64,000 nt of DNA, from the IMG/VR virus record IMGVR_UViG_3300027806_000003, positions 15,355 through 79,354 of that record, one strand, 5' to 3'. Made by a program: the position numbers and the translations under genes. Positions 46,697 to 55,871 of the stretch are shown in pieces. Every line of letters begins with the position of its first letter. The stretch's first letter is position 1. Source of the DNA: a virus. The notes beneath the pieces are model-generated. The model saw only the letters and a program-made list of their open reading frames with translations, had not been told where the DNA came from and did no database searches.

Positions 46697-46930
46697 TCAT
46701 TCGGCGTCGTTCAGGAAGGCCTCGACCTCTTCTGGCTCTTGGCTGCTGATGAATCCGACCAGGTTGATCAGGTCTTCGCGGATCTTGCCGAGGTCTCCGG
46801 CGTGGCCCCAGTTCTTCGGTTCGGCCTTCTGCTCGGCGTCGTGCCGGTCGAGCTCCATCTGCAGCACATCCATCAGGCGGGCGATGTCGTTGCGGCGAGC
46901 GGCGTAGGTCTGGGCGGCGGTTGCGGACAT
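46697..46930 (-). CDS. Small conserved hypothetical protein
   Basis: NWGHAGDL motif; AAGGAG RBS. Confidence 0.7.
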   Translation of the reverse strand: MSATAAQTYAARRNDIARLMDVLQMELDRHDAEQKAEPKNWGHAGDLGKIREDLINLVGFISSQEPEEVEAFLNDAE

Positions 46931-46941
46931 GGTCGTGCTCC

Positions 46942-47235
46942 TTACTTCGTGATGGGGTTGCGGGGCTTGCTCTGCGCGTTCATGCCGCGGGCCTCTCGGC
47001 AGGCATCGCCGCGGCCCTGGCGGTAGCCGGTGCTCAGTCCTGCGGAGTAGCCGGCCTCGAAGGCCGCGGCGATCACCTCGCGGAGCGTGGCGACCGAGAG
47101 GTCGTGGAAGTCCAGGTGGTCGCGCCCGCGGGTCGCGAGCGTTTCGAGTTCAAGGTTGGTCCTCGCGGCCTCCATCGCGGCGCTCATGGCGTTGGTCTTT
47201 GCGGTCGCGTCGAGGCTGATCTTGCTGCTGCTCAT
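46942..47235 (-). CDS. DUF6900-like protein
   Basis: LETL.TR..D.LDFHD.SV..L...I.AAFEAG. Confidence 0.7.
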   Translation of the reverse strand: MSSSKISLDATAKTNAMSAAMEAARTNLELETLATRGRDHLDFHDLSVATLREVIAAAFEAGYSAGLSTGYRQGRGDACREARGMNAQSKPRNPITK

Positions 47236-47256
47236 TGCTTGCTCCTGTTCTCACAC

Positions 47257-47274
47257 ATTAGCACCCGTGCTAAT
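47257..47274. promoter_or_regulatory. Palindromic operator overlapping an extended -10 of the moron promoter
   Basis: ATTAGCAC-cc-GTGCTAAT; minus strand TG-C-TAATGT; AT-rich upstream. Confidence 0.6.
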
Positions 47275-47320
47275 CAATGCCAGCGCAATGCGAGAAAAGA
47301 AGAGCAGAATTGCAAAGATC

Positions 47321-47788
47321 TCAGCGGCGTTTCGCGGCCGCGATCGCGGCGGCCGCGAGCCTGGCCAGCTCGCTGACGGGATAGCCCTTCGGCCCGAGTC
47401 TCAGGGGTTCCAGGTGCTCGCGAACGGCGGCGAGTTCGAGGCTGCTTTCGTCATCGGCGGCGTGCGCCGGGGTCTCCGTGGGCGCGTCGAGGCGCATCAG
47501 CTTGACGAGCTCGGCCTGGGCGCGGAGGGCGGTGCGGTTGTCCTGCCCCTGCAGCGCGCGGCGGTAGATGTCCTCGAACCGAACGACGGCCTTGCCCCGC
47601 TCGACCGCTCGGCTCGCGTCGCCGGCCAGAATGATCCGGCGGTGGACCTCGGCCATGGTCTCCTCGAGCGCGTCCGCCGGCACGCCGATCTTCGCCAGCG
47701 CGGCGTTCTTCAGATCGGTCGGGCTAAGCCCGCTGACGCTGAGGAGGATGAGCTTCTCGACGTGGCCCTGGTCAGGCGTCGCGGGCAT
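47321..47788 (-). CDS. Helical protein, candidate terminase small subunit
   Basis: IYRRAL..QD.RTALRAQ.EL.KLM.L; position upstream of terL. Confidence 0.45.
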   Translation of the reverse strand: MPATPDQGHVEKLILLSVSGLSPTDLKNAALAKIGVPADALEETMAEVHRRIILAGDASRAVERGKAVVRFEDIYRRALQGQDNRTALRAQAELVKLMRLDAPTETPAHAADDESSLELAAVREHLEPLRLGPKGYPVSELARLAAAAIAAAKRR

Positions 47789-48416
47789 GCGCCTCCTCCA
47801 TCCATCGCGCGTGAAACCTCAGCAGGTCGGCGCTTTGCGTCAGCGTGAACTGCTCGATCGCGCGGCAGGTCCGCAGGTTGGCCGAGGACTCGACGACGAA
47901 CGCTCGGCCGTCGGTCAGCCTGGCGGCGATGATCTTCGCGTGCGTCCGTGTCGCGCAGTACCAGCCCCCGCGGGCGGGGAGCTCGGCGCGAAGGCGGTTG
48001 CAGACGTCGGCCTCGTTGTAGTCCGACTCGTAGAAGTGGGAGACCAGAAGCCTGGTCGGCCCGATCACGCCGGCATCCATCGCGCTGAGAAGGCGCTGGG
48101 CGTTGGCGGCGTTGAAGCCGAGCGTCGCGAGCCAGAGGTCGGCGATTCGCGCCGGGCTCGCGTGGATCAGGATCGCATCGACGAGGTCGTATCCGTCCCA
48201 GGCCCCGCTCATGAGGCCGTGCCAGGACTCGTTGTCCGCCGGCAGGCCCCCGAGCGCGTGAGCCGCGACGTCGGCCCTAGTCAGGTCGATCGTCTTCCGC
48301 CCCGCGGCGGTGCGCTTGAGCAGCGGTGTTCCTTCGAGCGGGATGGGCTTGGCCTTGGCGCGGCTCTCGCGCTCCGGCGATCGCGTCACGCCGAGGATCT
48401 CGTCGAGGTCATCCAT
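47772..48416 (-). CDS. PLD-superfamily (HxK) nuclease-like protein
   Basis: THAKI...VVESSANL. Confidence 0.7.
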   Translation of the reverse strand: MDDLDEILGVTRSPERESRAKAKPIPLEGTPLLKRTAAGRKTIDLTRADVAAHALGGLPADNESWHGLMSGAWDGYDLVDAILIHASPARIADLWLATLGFNAANAQRLLSAMDAGVIGPTRLLVSHFYESDYNEADVCNRLRAELPARGGWYCATRTHAKIIAARLTDGRAFVVESSANLRTCRAIEQFTLTQSADLLRFHARWMEEAHARDA

Positions 48417-49815
48417 CGATCCGCTCCGCGGCCTTTCCCGCGAAGGCCTCCCATCGGGCGATGATCACGTCGCAGTACAGTGGGTCGAGCTCCATCAGGA
48501 ACGCGCGGCGTCCGGTCATCTCCGCGGCGATAAGCGTCATCCCGCTCCCGCCGAAGAGGTCGAGGACGTTCTCGCCCGGGAGCGTGCTGTACTCAATCGC
48601 CCGGCGGGCCAGCTCGACGGGCTTCTCCGTGAGGTGGACCATCGCCTGCGGGCTGACCTTCTTCACTCGCCACACGTCGCTCGGCGCGTCGGCGTGGACG
48701 ATCGCGGCCTGATCGTCGCCGAGCTCGACCTCCGCGAGCCCCTTGCGTCCGGAGCTCGCCGGCAGCACGTCGACGCTGGCGTCGCCGGCCTTGATCCTCA
48801 CGCCCTGGCCGAGCTTGACCCCGCGCGGCGCCCTTCCTCCGCGGCGAATCTCCCAGGTGTCTGAAACGTTGGCTTGCCCGAAGAACCGATGCGCCGCACC
48901 CGCTCTCCAGCCGTAGAAGCACCACTCGTGGTTGCCCATGAAATCTCGCCGGCTGAGCGTCGGGTGCTCCTTGATCCAGATGATCGCCTGGGCCAGGTGC
49001 AGGTTGTTCCTCCGGAACGCCAGCGAGTAGGGCTCGGGCGAGACGTACCCGCCCCAGGCGTAGACCGCGCCGCCCGGCACGAGCACTCGAGCCATCTGTC
49101 CGAACCAGGCGAGCACGAGCCGCTCGTACTCGGCGGGGCTGTGGTCGTCGTTCATGATCACGCGATCGCGGGCGCGCTCCGTCTTCTTCTCGCCCTTGGC
49201 CTTCGGCTTGCTCCGCGGCTGGACCGCTACGTTGTACGGCGGGTCGGTGTGAACGAGATGGATCGGCGATCGGGCGACGAGCCGGTCGACATCCTCGGTG
49301 CTCGCCGAGTCTCCGCACAGCAGGAGGTGGCGACCAAGCTTGATCAGCTGGCCGCGCTTCGTCGTCGCGACCGCGGGCACGGCCGGCACGTCGTCAGGGT
49401 CAACGCCCCGCTCCTGGTACCCGCCGGCCAGGATGCGGTCGATGTCGCCGCGCGTGAAGCCGAGGAGCGTCATGTCGATCGCGGCTCCGATCGCCTCCAG
49501 CTCGCCGCGGAGGAGGTCCTCGTTCCACTCGGCGAGCTCGCCGACCTTGTTGTCGGCGATGCGCAGCGCTCGGACCTGGTCCGGCGTCAGGTCCGCGGCG
49601 ACGATCACCGGCACGTCGGCCAGCCCGAGCTTCAGCGCAGCCTTGAGCCGCGTGTGCCCGGCGATGATCACGCCCTCGGCGTCGACGAGGATCGGGAATC
49701 GGAACCCGAACGCGGCGATCGAGGCCGCGCACGCGTCAACCGCCCCCTCGTTGTCGCGAGGATTCCGCTGAAAAGGCCGCACTTTTGCGACCGGCCACCG
49801 TTGGATCTGCTCCAC
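48409..49815 (-). CDS. ParB-N domain fused to N6/N4 DNA methyltransferase
   Basis: NPR.N, IIAGHTR, IADNK; DPPYN, H.TEKP and LDLFGGSG motifs; GTG start after GGAG. Confidence 0.92.
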   Translation of the reverse strand: MEQIQRWPVAKVRPFQRNPRDNEGAVDACAASIAAFGFRFPILVDAEGVIIAGHTRLKAALKLGLADVPVIVAADLTPDQVRALRIADNKVGELAEWNEDLLRGELEAIGAAIDMTLLGFTRGDIDRILAGGYQERGVDPDDVPAVPAVATTKRGQLIKLGRHLLLCGDSASTEDVDRLVARSPIHLVHTDPPYNVAVQPRSKPKAKGEKKTERARDRVIMNDDHSPAEYERLVLAWFGQMARVLVPGGAVYAWGGYVSPEPYSLAFRRNNLHLAQAIIWIKEHPTLSRRDFMGNHEWCFYGWRAGAAHRFFGQANVSDTWEIRRGGRAPRGVKLGQGVRIKAGDASVDVLPASSGRKGLAEVELGDDQAAIVHADAPSDVWRVKKVSPQAMVHLTEKPVELARRAIEYSTLPGENVLDLFGGSGMTLIAAEMTGRRAFLMELDPLYCDVIIARWEAFAGKAAERIDG

Positions 49816-50007
49816 CCGCTCTCCGAACTTCCCAAGGAAAGAAAGACTACCTTGGAAGGCGGCAGTTCCGGAGGCTGCAAACGTCCACACTTACCCCTAG
49901 AAGGACCCAAACCCGGGGGGGGTGGGGGGCGTCTTGGGCTCCGTCTGAATACCAAAGTGAATAATCCGCACCCGGTTCTTCCTCGGAGCACCGCGGCGTT
50001 CCGTTGT

Positions 50008-50682
50008 TTAGACCAGGTTGATCTTCACCTGCGGGCGTCTGCTCTCCCAACGGGCCATGACGAAGACCTCGCCCCATTCCCCGATGCGGCTCATCACGTC
50101 CGCGCCGAGCGACTCGACCAAGGCATCTGGCGTGTAGTTCGCGGCGATGATCGTGCCTGCCTTCATCTGGTACCGCGCGTTCAGCAGCTCGCCGAGGATG
50201 AGCATCTCCTCCGGCGTGTGCCGGCGGCGGTGGAGGTCGTCGATCAGCATCAGCGACTGCATCTTGCACAGCTGGTCAATCACCGTGGCTCGCGGCGTTC
50301 GCTCGCCGAAGGCCTTGGTGCTGATGTGCTCGATGATCTCTGCGCCTTCCCACATCCGCACCATCGACAGGGAAGGCTCGGCGCAGGCCTCCCAGGCGAC
50401 CTGGGTCAGCAGCTGGGTCTTGCCAATGCCCCGCTCGCCGAGAAGGACGACGCATCGGCCCGCCAGAGCAGCCTTGAGAACGGCTCGCGCAAGTGCGCCC
50501 TGGTCAGGCCACTTCAGCCCTCCTTCAAGGACCGCTTTGTGTCTCGGGCTGATGCAGGCATACTGGCGCTTGCTCTCGACTCGTTGCGCGGCGAGGCTCT
50601 GTGCGGTCTGGCGGTCGATCTGGTCCTTCGCTGCTCTCGCCTCCCGCGCTCGGTTCGCCTGCTCCGCGGTCATCTGCCTCAT
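50008..50682 (-). CDS. DnaC/IstB-like helicase loader ATPase
   Basis: GERGIGKT, LIDDL, NARY..TII.AN. Confidence 0.85.
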   Translation of the reverse strand: MRQMTAEQANRAREARAAKDQIDRQTAQSLAAQRVESKRQYACISPRHKAVLEGGLKWPDQGALARAVLKAALAGRCVVLLGERGIGKTQLLTQVAWEACAEPSLSMVRMWEGAEIIEHISTKAFGERTPRATVIDQLCKMQSLMLIDDLHRRRHTPEEMLILGELLNARYQMKAGTIIAANYTPDALVESLGADVMSRIGEWGEVFVMARWESRRPQVKINLV

Positions 50683-51599
50683 GCTGTGCTCCTCATGGTC
50701 GTGGTGGTTGCCTCTTCGCCATTCGCGGCTCGCCATGCCGCCCAGTTCGTCGCGTCCTTCACGCTGAGCCTCTGCGGTGCCTGGCGTTCCGGCGCTCGCC
50801 TGGCGAAGACCATCTGCCAGCCCGAGGCCCAGGCCGCGTCGATCGCTCGCACGGCCGCGGCCTCGCCCCCTGCGGACATCTCGGTTCGGACCGCCTCGAG
50901 CGCCGCGGCGATCTTGTCTGCCGTCGCCGGGTTCCGCCATCCAGCCCTCGCCCGCTGGTCGAGCCAACGTGCCCAGGCCCGGCGGACGGCCTCGGGCAGG
51001 TCGGGCTCGCGGAGCTCGGCTGGCAGTGCCTCGAGCGCCTTGGCGGCTCTGGTCGCGTTCGCCTTCGCCGCGGCCTCCGACCGGCTGGACCCTAACGGAT
51101 TGGCGTCACGCTGCAGCGTGACGGAGCGTGACGCGTCACGCTGTGCGTCACGCGCGGGTTTTTGTGTATTGTCTTGGTATTTATCAGCCTCTTCAGCAGG
51201 AAAGAGACCGGAAGAAGAACCAAAACCGCGCGCGAGTGCGTCACGCTCCGTCACGCTGCCGTCACGCTGACCGTCACGCTGCGTCACGCTTGAGCGTGAC
51301 GCGTCACGCGCGCTCGCGGCCGATCTGTTAGGGTCTGCGATGGCCCGAAGGCTCGCTCGGTACCGTCGGGCTCGCTCGGCGGCGAGGGCTCGCCGGCGTG
51401 CGTCCGAGTCGGTCTGGGGGGCTGACGATCGGCCCACAGCCGCCGGCGGCGGCGCGGGCTGCTCGGAGGCCTGGCTCGGCTCCGGGCTCGCCTGGGCGTC
51501 GCCGCGGGCTCGCCGGCGCTCGCGGCGCAGCTTCTGTGCCTCGTCGAGCACGTCGGCGAGGAGTTCGGCGAGGGTTGTGATAAGGGCTGAGCGGTTCAC
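50679..51599 (-). CDS. Replication initiator (lambda O-like organisation)
   Basis: AERARRYRA, internal iterons, C-terminal W..W...R...GWQ.VF; directly upstream of the loader. Confidence 0.7.
   Translation of the reverse strand: MNRSALITTLAELLADVLDEAQKLRRERRRARGDAQASPEPSQASEQPAPPPAAVGRSSAPQTDSDARRRALAAERARRYRASLRAIADPNRSAASARDASRSSVTQRDGQRDGSVTERDALARGFGSSSGLFPAEEADKYQDNTQKPARDAQRDASRSVTLQRDANPLGSSRSEAAAKANATRAAKALEALPAELREPDLPEAVRRAWARWLDQRARAGWRNPATADKIAAALEAVRTEMSAGGEAAAVRAIDAAWASGWQMVFARRAPERQAPQRLSVKDATNWAAWRAANGEEATTTTMRSTA
51105..51309. repeat. Putative replication origin: 12 GTCACGC iterons around an AT-rich core
   Basis: Direct and inverted copies flank TTTTTGTGTATTGTCTTGGTATTTAT (51159-51184). 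Confidence 0.75.
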
Positions 51600-51946
51600 G
51601 AGGCTCTCCTGGCGGTGGTGTAGCGGATGGCGCGAGCCTGCCAGGCGGCCCAGAAGGCCTGCTCGGCGATTTCGACGCGGCGTGCGAAGTCGGGGTCTCT
51701 CATGAGCTCCCGGGCGGCGGTGTGCATCTCCAGGACGCTGGTGTGTCCTGCTGAGCGTGGGCGCAGCCGCCGGCGGATTTCGGGGTACGACGCTCCGATG
51801 TACTGGCGGGCCAGGAGCACGATGACCCGGCGGGCCTCGATCGTCGCTGCGCCTCGGCTGTCGTCAAGGAGCAGATCGACGGGCACGCCGAGCGCCCTGG
51901 CGGCGGGCTCGATCAGGTCGTCGAGGATGGGGGGCGGTAAGTTCAT
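51596..51946 (-). CDS. DnaA C-terminal (domain IV)-like HTH protein
   Basis: EARRVIVLLARQYIGASYPEI...GHTSVL. Confidence 0.75.
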   Translation of the reverse strand: MNLPPPILDDLIEPAARALGVPVDLLLDDSRGAATIEARRVIVLLARQYIGASYPEIRRRLRPRSAGHTSVLEMHTAARELMRDPDFARRVEIAEQAFWAAWQARAIRYTTARRAS

Positions 51947-52326
51947 GGGAAGAGCGGCTCGATCTGTCCGGGGAATGGCAGGTCCCAGTTCGCGATGATC
52001 TCATCCCAGTCGAGCGCCTCGGCTGGCAGGTCCGCCTGGCCTGCGGCGAGCACCCTGCCGATCTGCTCCTGCAGGTGAGGGAGCCTGAAGCACTCCGGCG
52101 GCTTTTCGCCGCTGGGATTGCACGCGAGCGCGGCCTTCATGTGCGGGCTCTCGATGAAGCGGCGGAGCCAGGCGGTGATGGCGCAGTTCGGGCAGAAGCC
52201 TCGGTCCTTCGCGTGCTTGAGGAGCCGGGCCTGGTCGTTCGACGTCGCGGCGATCCGGCACCTGACGGCGCAGCGATCGCAGTTGACGATGCGGCCTGCG
52301 TTGGGGTTGGGTGTGGTCTCGCTCAC
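51943..52326 (-). CDS. Zn-finger hypothetical protein
   Basis: CDRC and CPNC motifs. Confidence 0.6.
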   Translation of the reverse strand: MSETTPNPNAGRIVNCDRCAVRCRIAATSNDQARLLKHAKDRGFCPNCAITAWLRRFIESPHMKAALACNPSGEKPPECFRLPHLQEQIGRVLAAGQADLPAEALDWDEIIANWDLPFPGQIEPLFP

Positions 52327-52967
52327 GCTGCACCTCCCACCCGCTCGACGAAGTCCCGTGCCCGGTTGACCTTGGCCATGAGCTCATCGCTCCCGCCGGC
52401 GTCGGGGTGTGCCTTCCTGGCGGCGGCGCGATAGACCGCCTGCAGATCCGTCGGGAGCTCGCTGACGATGTCGCCCTTGCCGATGCTGCTCAGCCATCTC
52501 ATGGCGTCGCGCACGCTGGCGAACTCGGCCGCTGGCGTCGCCGGCGTCGAGGGCAGGGCCTTCCAGCCGGCGTACACCTGGTCACCCTTCACTGCGCCGT
52601 CGCGGGCGATCATCCGTTGGGCGCGGAGCGTCCGGGCGATCGCAAAGACGTTGTGCTCCCAGTCTGCCCACGTCGCGCACTCGTAGCGGAGCGGGCCGTA
52701 CTTCGAATCGAAGAACAGGCGCACGCCCGGCGATCGCGGCCTGGCGGTGGAGCGGATCCAGCCGTCGTTACGGATGTCGTTCTCGGCGACGTTCATCTCG
52801 ACGATCGCCTGGCGGACCTCGAGCGCCGCGAGCTCGTGGCGAAGCATGGCCGCGATCGACGTCCACCCGGCTCGGTAGGGGCTCTTCTTGCCCTGGCCCT
52901 TGATCGGCTCGGCCCAGGCCCGTGCGATGAGCTCCGTCCTGATTGGCGGCTGCTGTGTGCGTCTCAC
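52323..52967 (-). CDS. J-domain protein
   Basis: YRAAARKAHPDAGGSDELMAKVNRARD. Confidence 0.85.
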   Translation of the reverse strand: MRRTQQPPIRTELIARAWAEPIKGQGKKSPYRAGWTSIAAMLRHELAALEVRQAIVEMNVAENDIRNDGWIRSTARPRSPGVRLFFDSKYGPLRYECATWADWEHNVFAIARTLRAQRMIARDGAVKGDQVYAGWKALPSTPATPAAEFASVRDAMRWLSSIGKGDIVSELPTDLQAVYRAAARKAHPDAGGSDELMAKVNRARDFVERVGGAA

Positions 52968-53284
52968 GCTGATGCTCCTGTGTTGCGGACGGCGCGGTCC
53001 TCGGCGAGGGCCGCTCGGTGTTCGATCACGAGTCGCTGAAGGTCTGCCAAGGCATGCATGTCGATGGCCTGCTGCTGCTGGAGGCGGTCGCAGAGTCGCT
53101 CGGCCGCGGCGGCGATCGCGAGCGTGCCCTGGGCGAGAGCGCCGGCGGCCTTGGTCTGTGCGAGCTCGGTCTGCGTCAAGTCGAGGAACCGGCCGACGAC
53201 GCGGGCCTGGCGAGTGAGCCGATCGGCCTGCATCCGCAGGTCACGGGCGCGGAGCCGGCTCTGTTTGCCCTGGTCGGCGGTCAT
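52964..53284 (-). CDS. Coiled-coil hypothetical protein
   Basis: 4-bp overlaps on both sides. Confidence 0.55.
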   Translation of the reverse strand: MTADQGKQSRLRARDLRMQADRLTRQARVVGRFLDLTQTELAQTKAAGALAQGTLAIAAAAERLCDRLQQQQAIDMHALADLQRLVIEHRAALAEDRAVRNTGASA

Positions 53285-53853
53285 CGCTCGGCCCCCTTCG
53301 CGGCCTGGGAGTCGAGGTGCCGACGAATCAGGCGGCGTAGGGGGACGACGGCGCTGATCACATCCGGATACCGGGGGTCGCCCGGAGGGTTGGTTCGCAT
53401 GCAGATCGCCTGCCAGCCGGAGCCCACGACGGTGATGCCCCAGAGCCCGAGTTTCTCTGCGATCCTTTGTGGCTCGTGAATGACGCCGCCTGCGAGCGTC
53501 AGGGCTTGGAGATAATCCTGGTTGAAACACAGATGACGCACAGCCACTTTGCGGCGAGGACTCTCGTTGTCGTCGGGATCTTCCGACGGCCCGAGCGTCC
53601 GCACTGGCGGAACCTGGTCGAAGACGATCGGGGATGCGGGCTGTGTGTTGACCGACCAGTTGAGCGACTCGACGTTCGGGAATCGCTCACCCGCTCCTGG
53701 CTTGCTGTCCCTGGTGTCGGTCCGCCGGCGGATGCAGAGGGCCAGGTCCGTCGCGTACTCCCAGCCGTTCAAGACGAAGGGCGTGGTGACCGCGTAGACC
53801 CCGTGCGAGTACTGCCGGCAGGCGGCGTGCATCAGCTCGTCGAGGGTGATCAT
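53281..53853 (-). CDS. Hypothetical protein
   Basis: AAGGAG RBS; overlaps. Confidence 0.6.
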   Translation of the reverse strand: MITLDELMHAACRQYSHGVYAVTTPFVLNGWEYATDLALCIRRRTDTRDSKPGAGERFPNVESLNWSVNTQPASPIVFDQVPPVRTLGPSEDPDDNESPRRKVAVRHLCFNQDYLQALTLAGGVIHEPQRIAEKLGLWGITVVGSGWQAICMRTNPPGDPRYPDVISAVVPLRRLIRRHLDSQAAKGAER

Positions 53854-54203
53854 GGCTGGGCTCCTTCATCCGCGGCGATGACGTACACCGTGGCCATGCG
53901 CCCCGTCCTGGTCGGCCTGCGGCGCCCGCTGTCGACGATCGCTCCGGCGTGCTTGAGGCTCGTGAACCGGCCGCTGTGCGATTGGGGCAGGTGGGCGGCG
54001 GCGAGCCACTCGTCGAGCGTGGCCCCGTGCTCGCCGGCGTCGTGGACGAAAGCCAAGGCCTGGCGGGCCAGCAGCGTGGGGCGCTCGGTCGCGTTGGCGG
54101 TCAGCGCCGCGATGCGGCTCGTGGCCGGCGCTGCACGCGACGTGCGGTATCCGATTCGGCGGAGCTCGAGCCCGTCCCAGAGGTGAGCAGCGGTGTCGGT
54201 CAT
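53850..54203 (-). CDS. Winged-helix-like hypothetical protein
   Basis: GAT.DE...SGRF..L...G.IVDSG.RR.TR.GR.A.V. Confidence 0.6.
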   Translation of the reverse strand: MTDTAAHLWDGLELRRIGYRTSRAAPATSRIAALTANATERPTLLARQALAFVHDAGEHGATLDEWLAAAHLPQSHSGRFTSLKHAGAIVDSGRRRPTRTGRMATVYVIAADEGAQP

Positions 54204-54535
54204 TCTCGCACGCCCCTCTCTCCGCCCCACATGAGGTCGTCGACGCGGCGCTCGAGCGCCTCAATGCGACGCTCGGCCGCGTCGGCGCGTTCCGCGAGGG
54301 CGTTTAGCCGGCGATCGAGCTCGCGTCGTTTTGCCCCCTCGGGCCACGGCAGAAAAGCCGGATGGTCCGAGGTGCGATCGGGGAGCGTCTGGGATACCGG
54401 AGGCCCGTTCCAAGGTGAACGAACCGGGTTCCTCAGTCGGCGCTTCGCAGGCCGACATGCAAGCAGGATGATGGGCAGGGCCAGGGCCATCGCGATAGCC
54501 AACAGCAGTACTCGTGAGTCCTCGAGCGGCATCAT
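54200..54535 (-). CDS. Small membrane-anchored protein
   Basis: N-terminal hydrophobic helix, C-terminal coiled coil. Confidence 0.5.
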   Translation of the reverse strand: MMPLEDSRVLLLAIAMALALPIILLACRPAKRRLRNPVRSPWNGPPVSQTLPDRTSDHPAFLPWPEGAKRRELDRRLNALAERADAAERRIEALERRVDDLMWGGERGVRE

Positions 54536-55182
54536 GACAGTGCCCCCCTCGCCGCGACCAGCAGCCATTGGTCCAGACGGTCGATCTGCTCGAAGTCGGC
54601 CCACTCGAACGACGTCGGCGGCTTGGCGCGGTCCGGGTATCGGTTCACCATCTGCCGCCCTGTGAGCACGCCGATGCGGTCTTCGTTCTTCCAGAGGACC
54701 GCGACGACGGCGGCGTACCAGTTGTGCAGATCGATGAGCGCGTTCAGCTGGTGTGCTCGAAGGCCTCCGTAGCCCTTTCCCGGCGCTACGACCTTCAGCC
54801 TGTTCGCGTGCTCCGTGGTCGCTTTGACCTCGAGCGCGATCATGCGGCCTTGGAGCATCGGCAGCCGCTTGTCACCGAGAAGGTCTGCGGATGGTCCCAT
54901 GACGCCGAGGAAGTCCACGTCCTGGCGCTCTGAGAGCTTCCTCAAACCTGTGAACCCGCGTCCGGCCGTCTTCACCGGCACCGTCGGCACCGGCAGCATG
55001 CGAATCCGAGCGACCAGGCTGCGCTCCCAGCCTGCATGGACGCTGGCGAGCTCCCGCTCAAAGTACTTGCCGGCGGCCGTCGCGCGCTTGCCGGCGATGG
55101 ACCGCTCGAGCCTCGCCTTCTCGGCGCTCGCCTGGTCAGGGTGCAGCGCTCGGAACTGCTCCGCGGTGAGTCGCTCGTTCAT
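54532..55182 (-). CDS. RecU-like Holliday junction resolvase
   Basis: GKYFE, LPVP, VDFLG, LEVKAT and HQ...L motifs. Confidence 0.75.
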   Translation of the reverse strand: MNERLTAEQFRALHPDQASAEKARLERSIAGKRATAAGKYFERELASVHAGWERSLVARIRMLPVPTVPVKTAGRGFTGLRKLSERQDVDFLGVMGPSADLLGDKRLPMLQGRMIALEVKATTEHANRLKVVAPGKGYGGLRAHQLNALIDLHNWYAAVVAVLWKNEDRIGVLTGRQMVNRYPDRAKPPTSFEWADFEQIDRLDQWLLVAARGALS

Positions 55183-55871
55183 GGCTGGCCCTCCGCGTTC
55201 TGAGGGATGAGCTTGACGCCGAGGACAGTCAATAGCGCCGCGACCTGATCCGGCATGAGCGCCTGCGTCAGCTGTGCGTGCACGCCGAAGAGCTCGCCCC
55301 AGACGTGCAGGTACTTGTCTCGAGCCTCATCGTGCTCCATCGGCCGGTCGATGACGCCTCGCTCCCAGCGCTTCAGGCCCTTGCTCCACCCGGTGTCGTG
55401 CCGGAGCAGGTCGCTGGCCTCGCGGGCGAGCACGAGGCGGTCGGCTTCGGTGACGAGCACAGCGACGTCGGTGTCGGTGTACTCGGGAAGTCCGAAGGCC
55501 TGGCGGACGACTCGGTCGATGTTGAACGTGTGGTCGTTCAGCTTCTCGGTCATCGCCTTGAGCGGGCCAGGTACATCGCCGAGCCAGGCCTCGTGCGCGT
55601 CGTGAAGCAGTCCCCAGCGCGCGGCCTTCAGGGCGAGCGCGGGGGTGTCGTTGGCGGTCGTGCCGAATGCCAGGTCCGCAGCGACGAGGGCCACGATGGC
55701 GCTGTGCTGCGCGACCGAGTAGAAGTAGCGCGTGTGCCCGTTGAACCTCGCCAGCCTGCTGAGGCTCGTGGCGATGTCCTGAAGGTTCGCATCGTCGCGA
55801 TTGAAAGCGTCGACGTGCACCATGCGTCCGGTGAAGGTCTGGATCGGTCCTGCTTCTTTGTTGATGCTCAT
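55179..55871 (-). CDS. HD-domain 5'-deoxynucleotidase (YfbR-like)
   Basis: RFNGH..YSVAQHS and LLHDAHEAW.GD...PLK. Confidence 0.85.
   Translation of the reverse strand: MSINKEAGPIQTFTGRMVHVDAFNRDDANLQDIATSLSRLARFNGHTRYFYSVAQHSAIVALVAADLAFGTTANDTPALALKAARWGLLHDAHEAWLGDVPGPLKAMTEKLNDHTFNIDRVVRQAFGLPEYTDTDVAVLVTEADRLVLAREASDLLRHDTGWSKGLKRWERGVIDRPMEHDEARDKYLHVWGELFGVHAQLTQALMPDQVAALLTVLGVKLIPQNAEGQP

Noticed and set aside
47257-47274. CIRCE (HrcA) element
   Set aside because: The arms resemble TTAGCAC, but CIRCE needs TTAGCACTC-N9-GAGTGCTAA and the spacing here is far too short.
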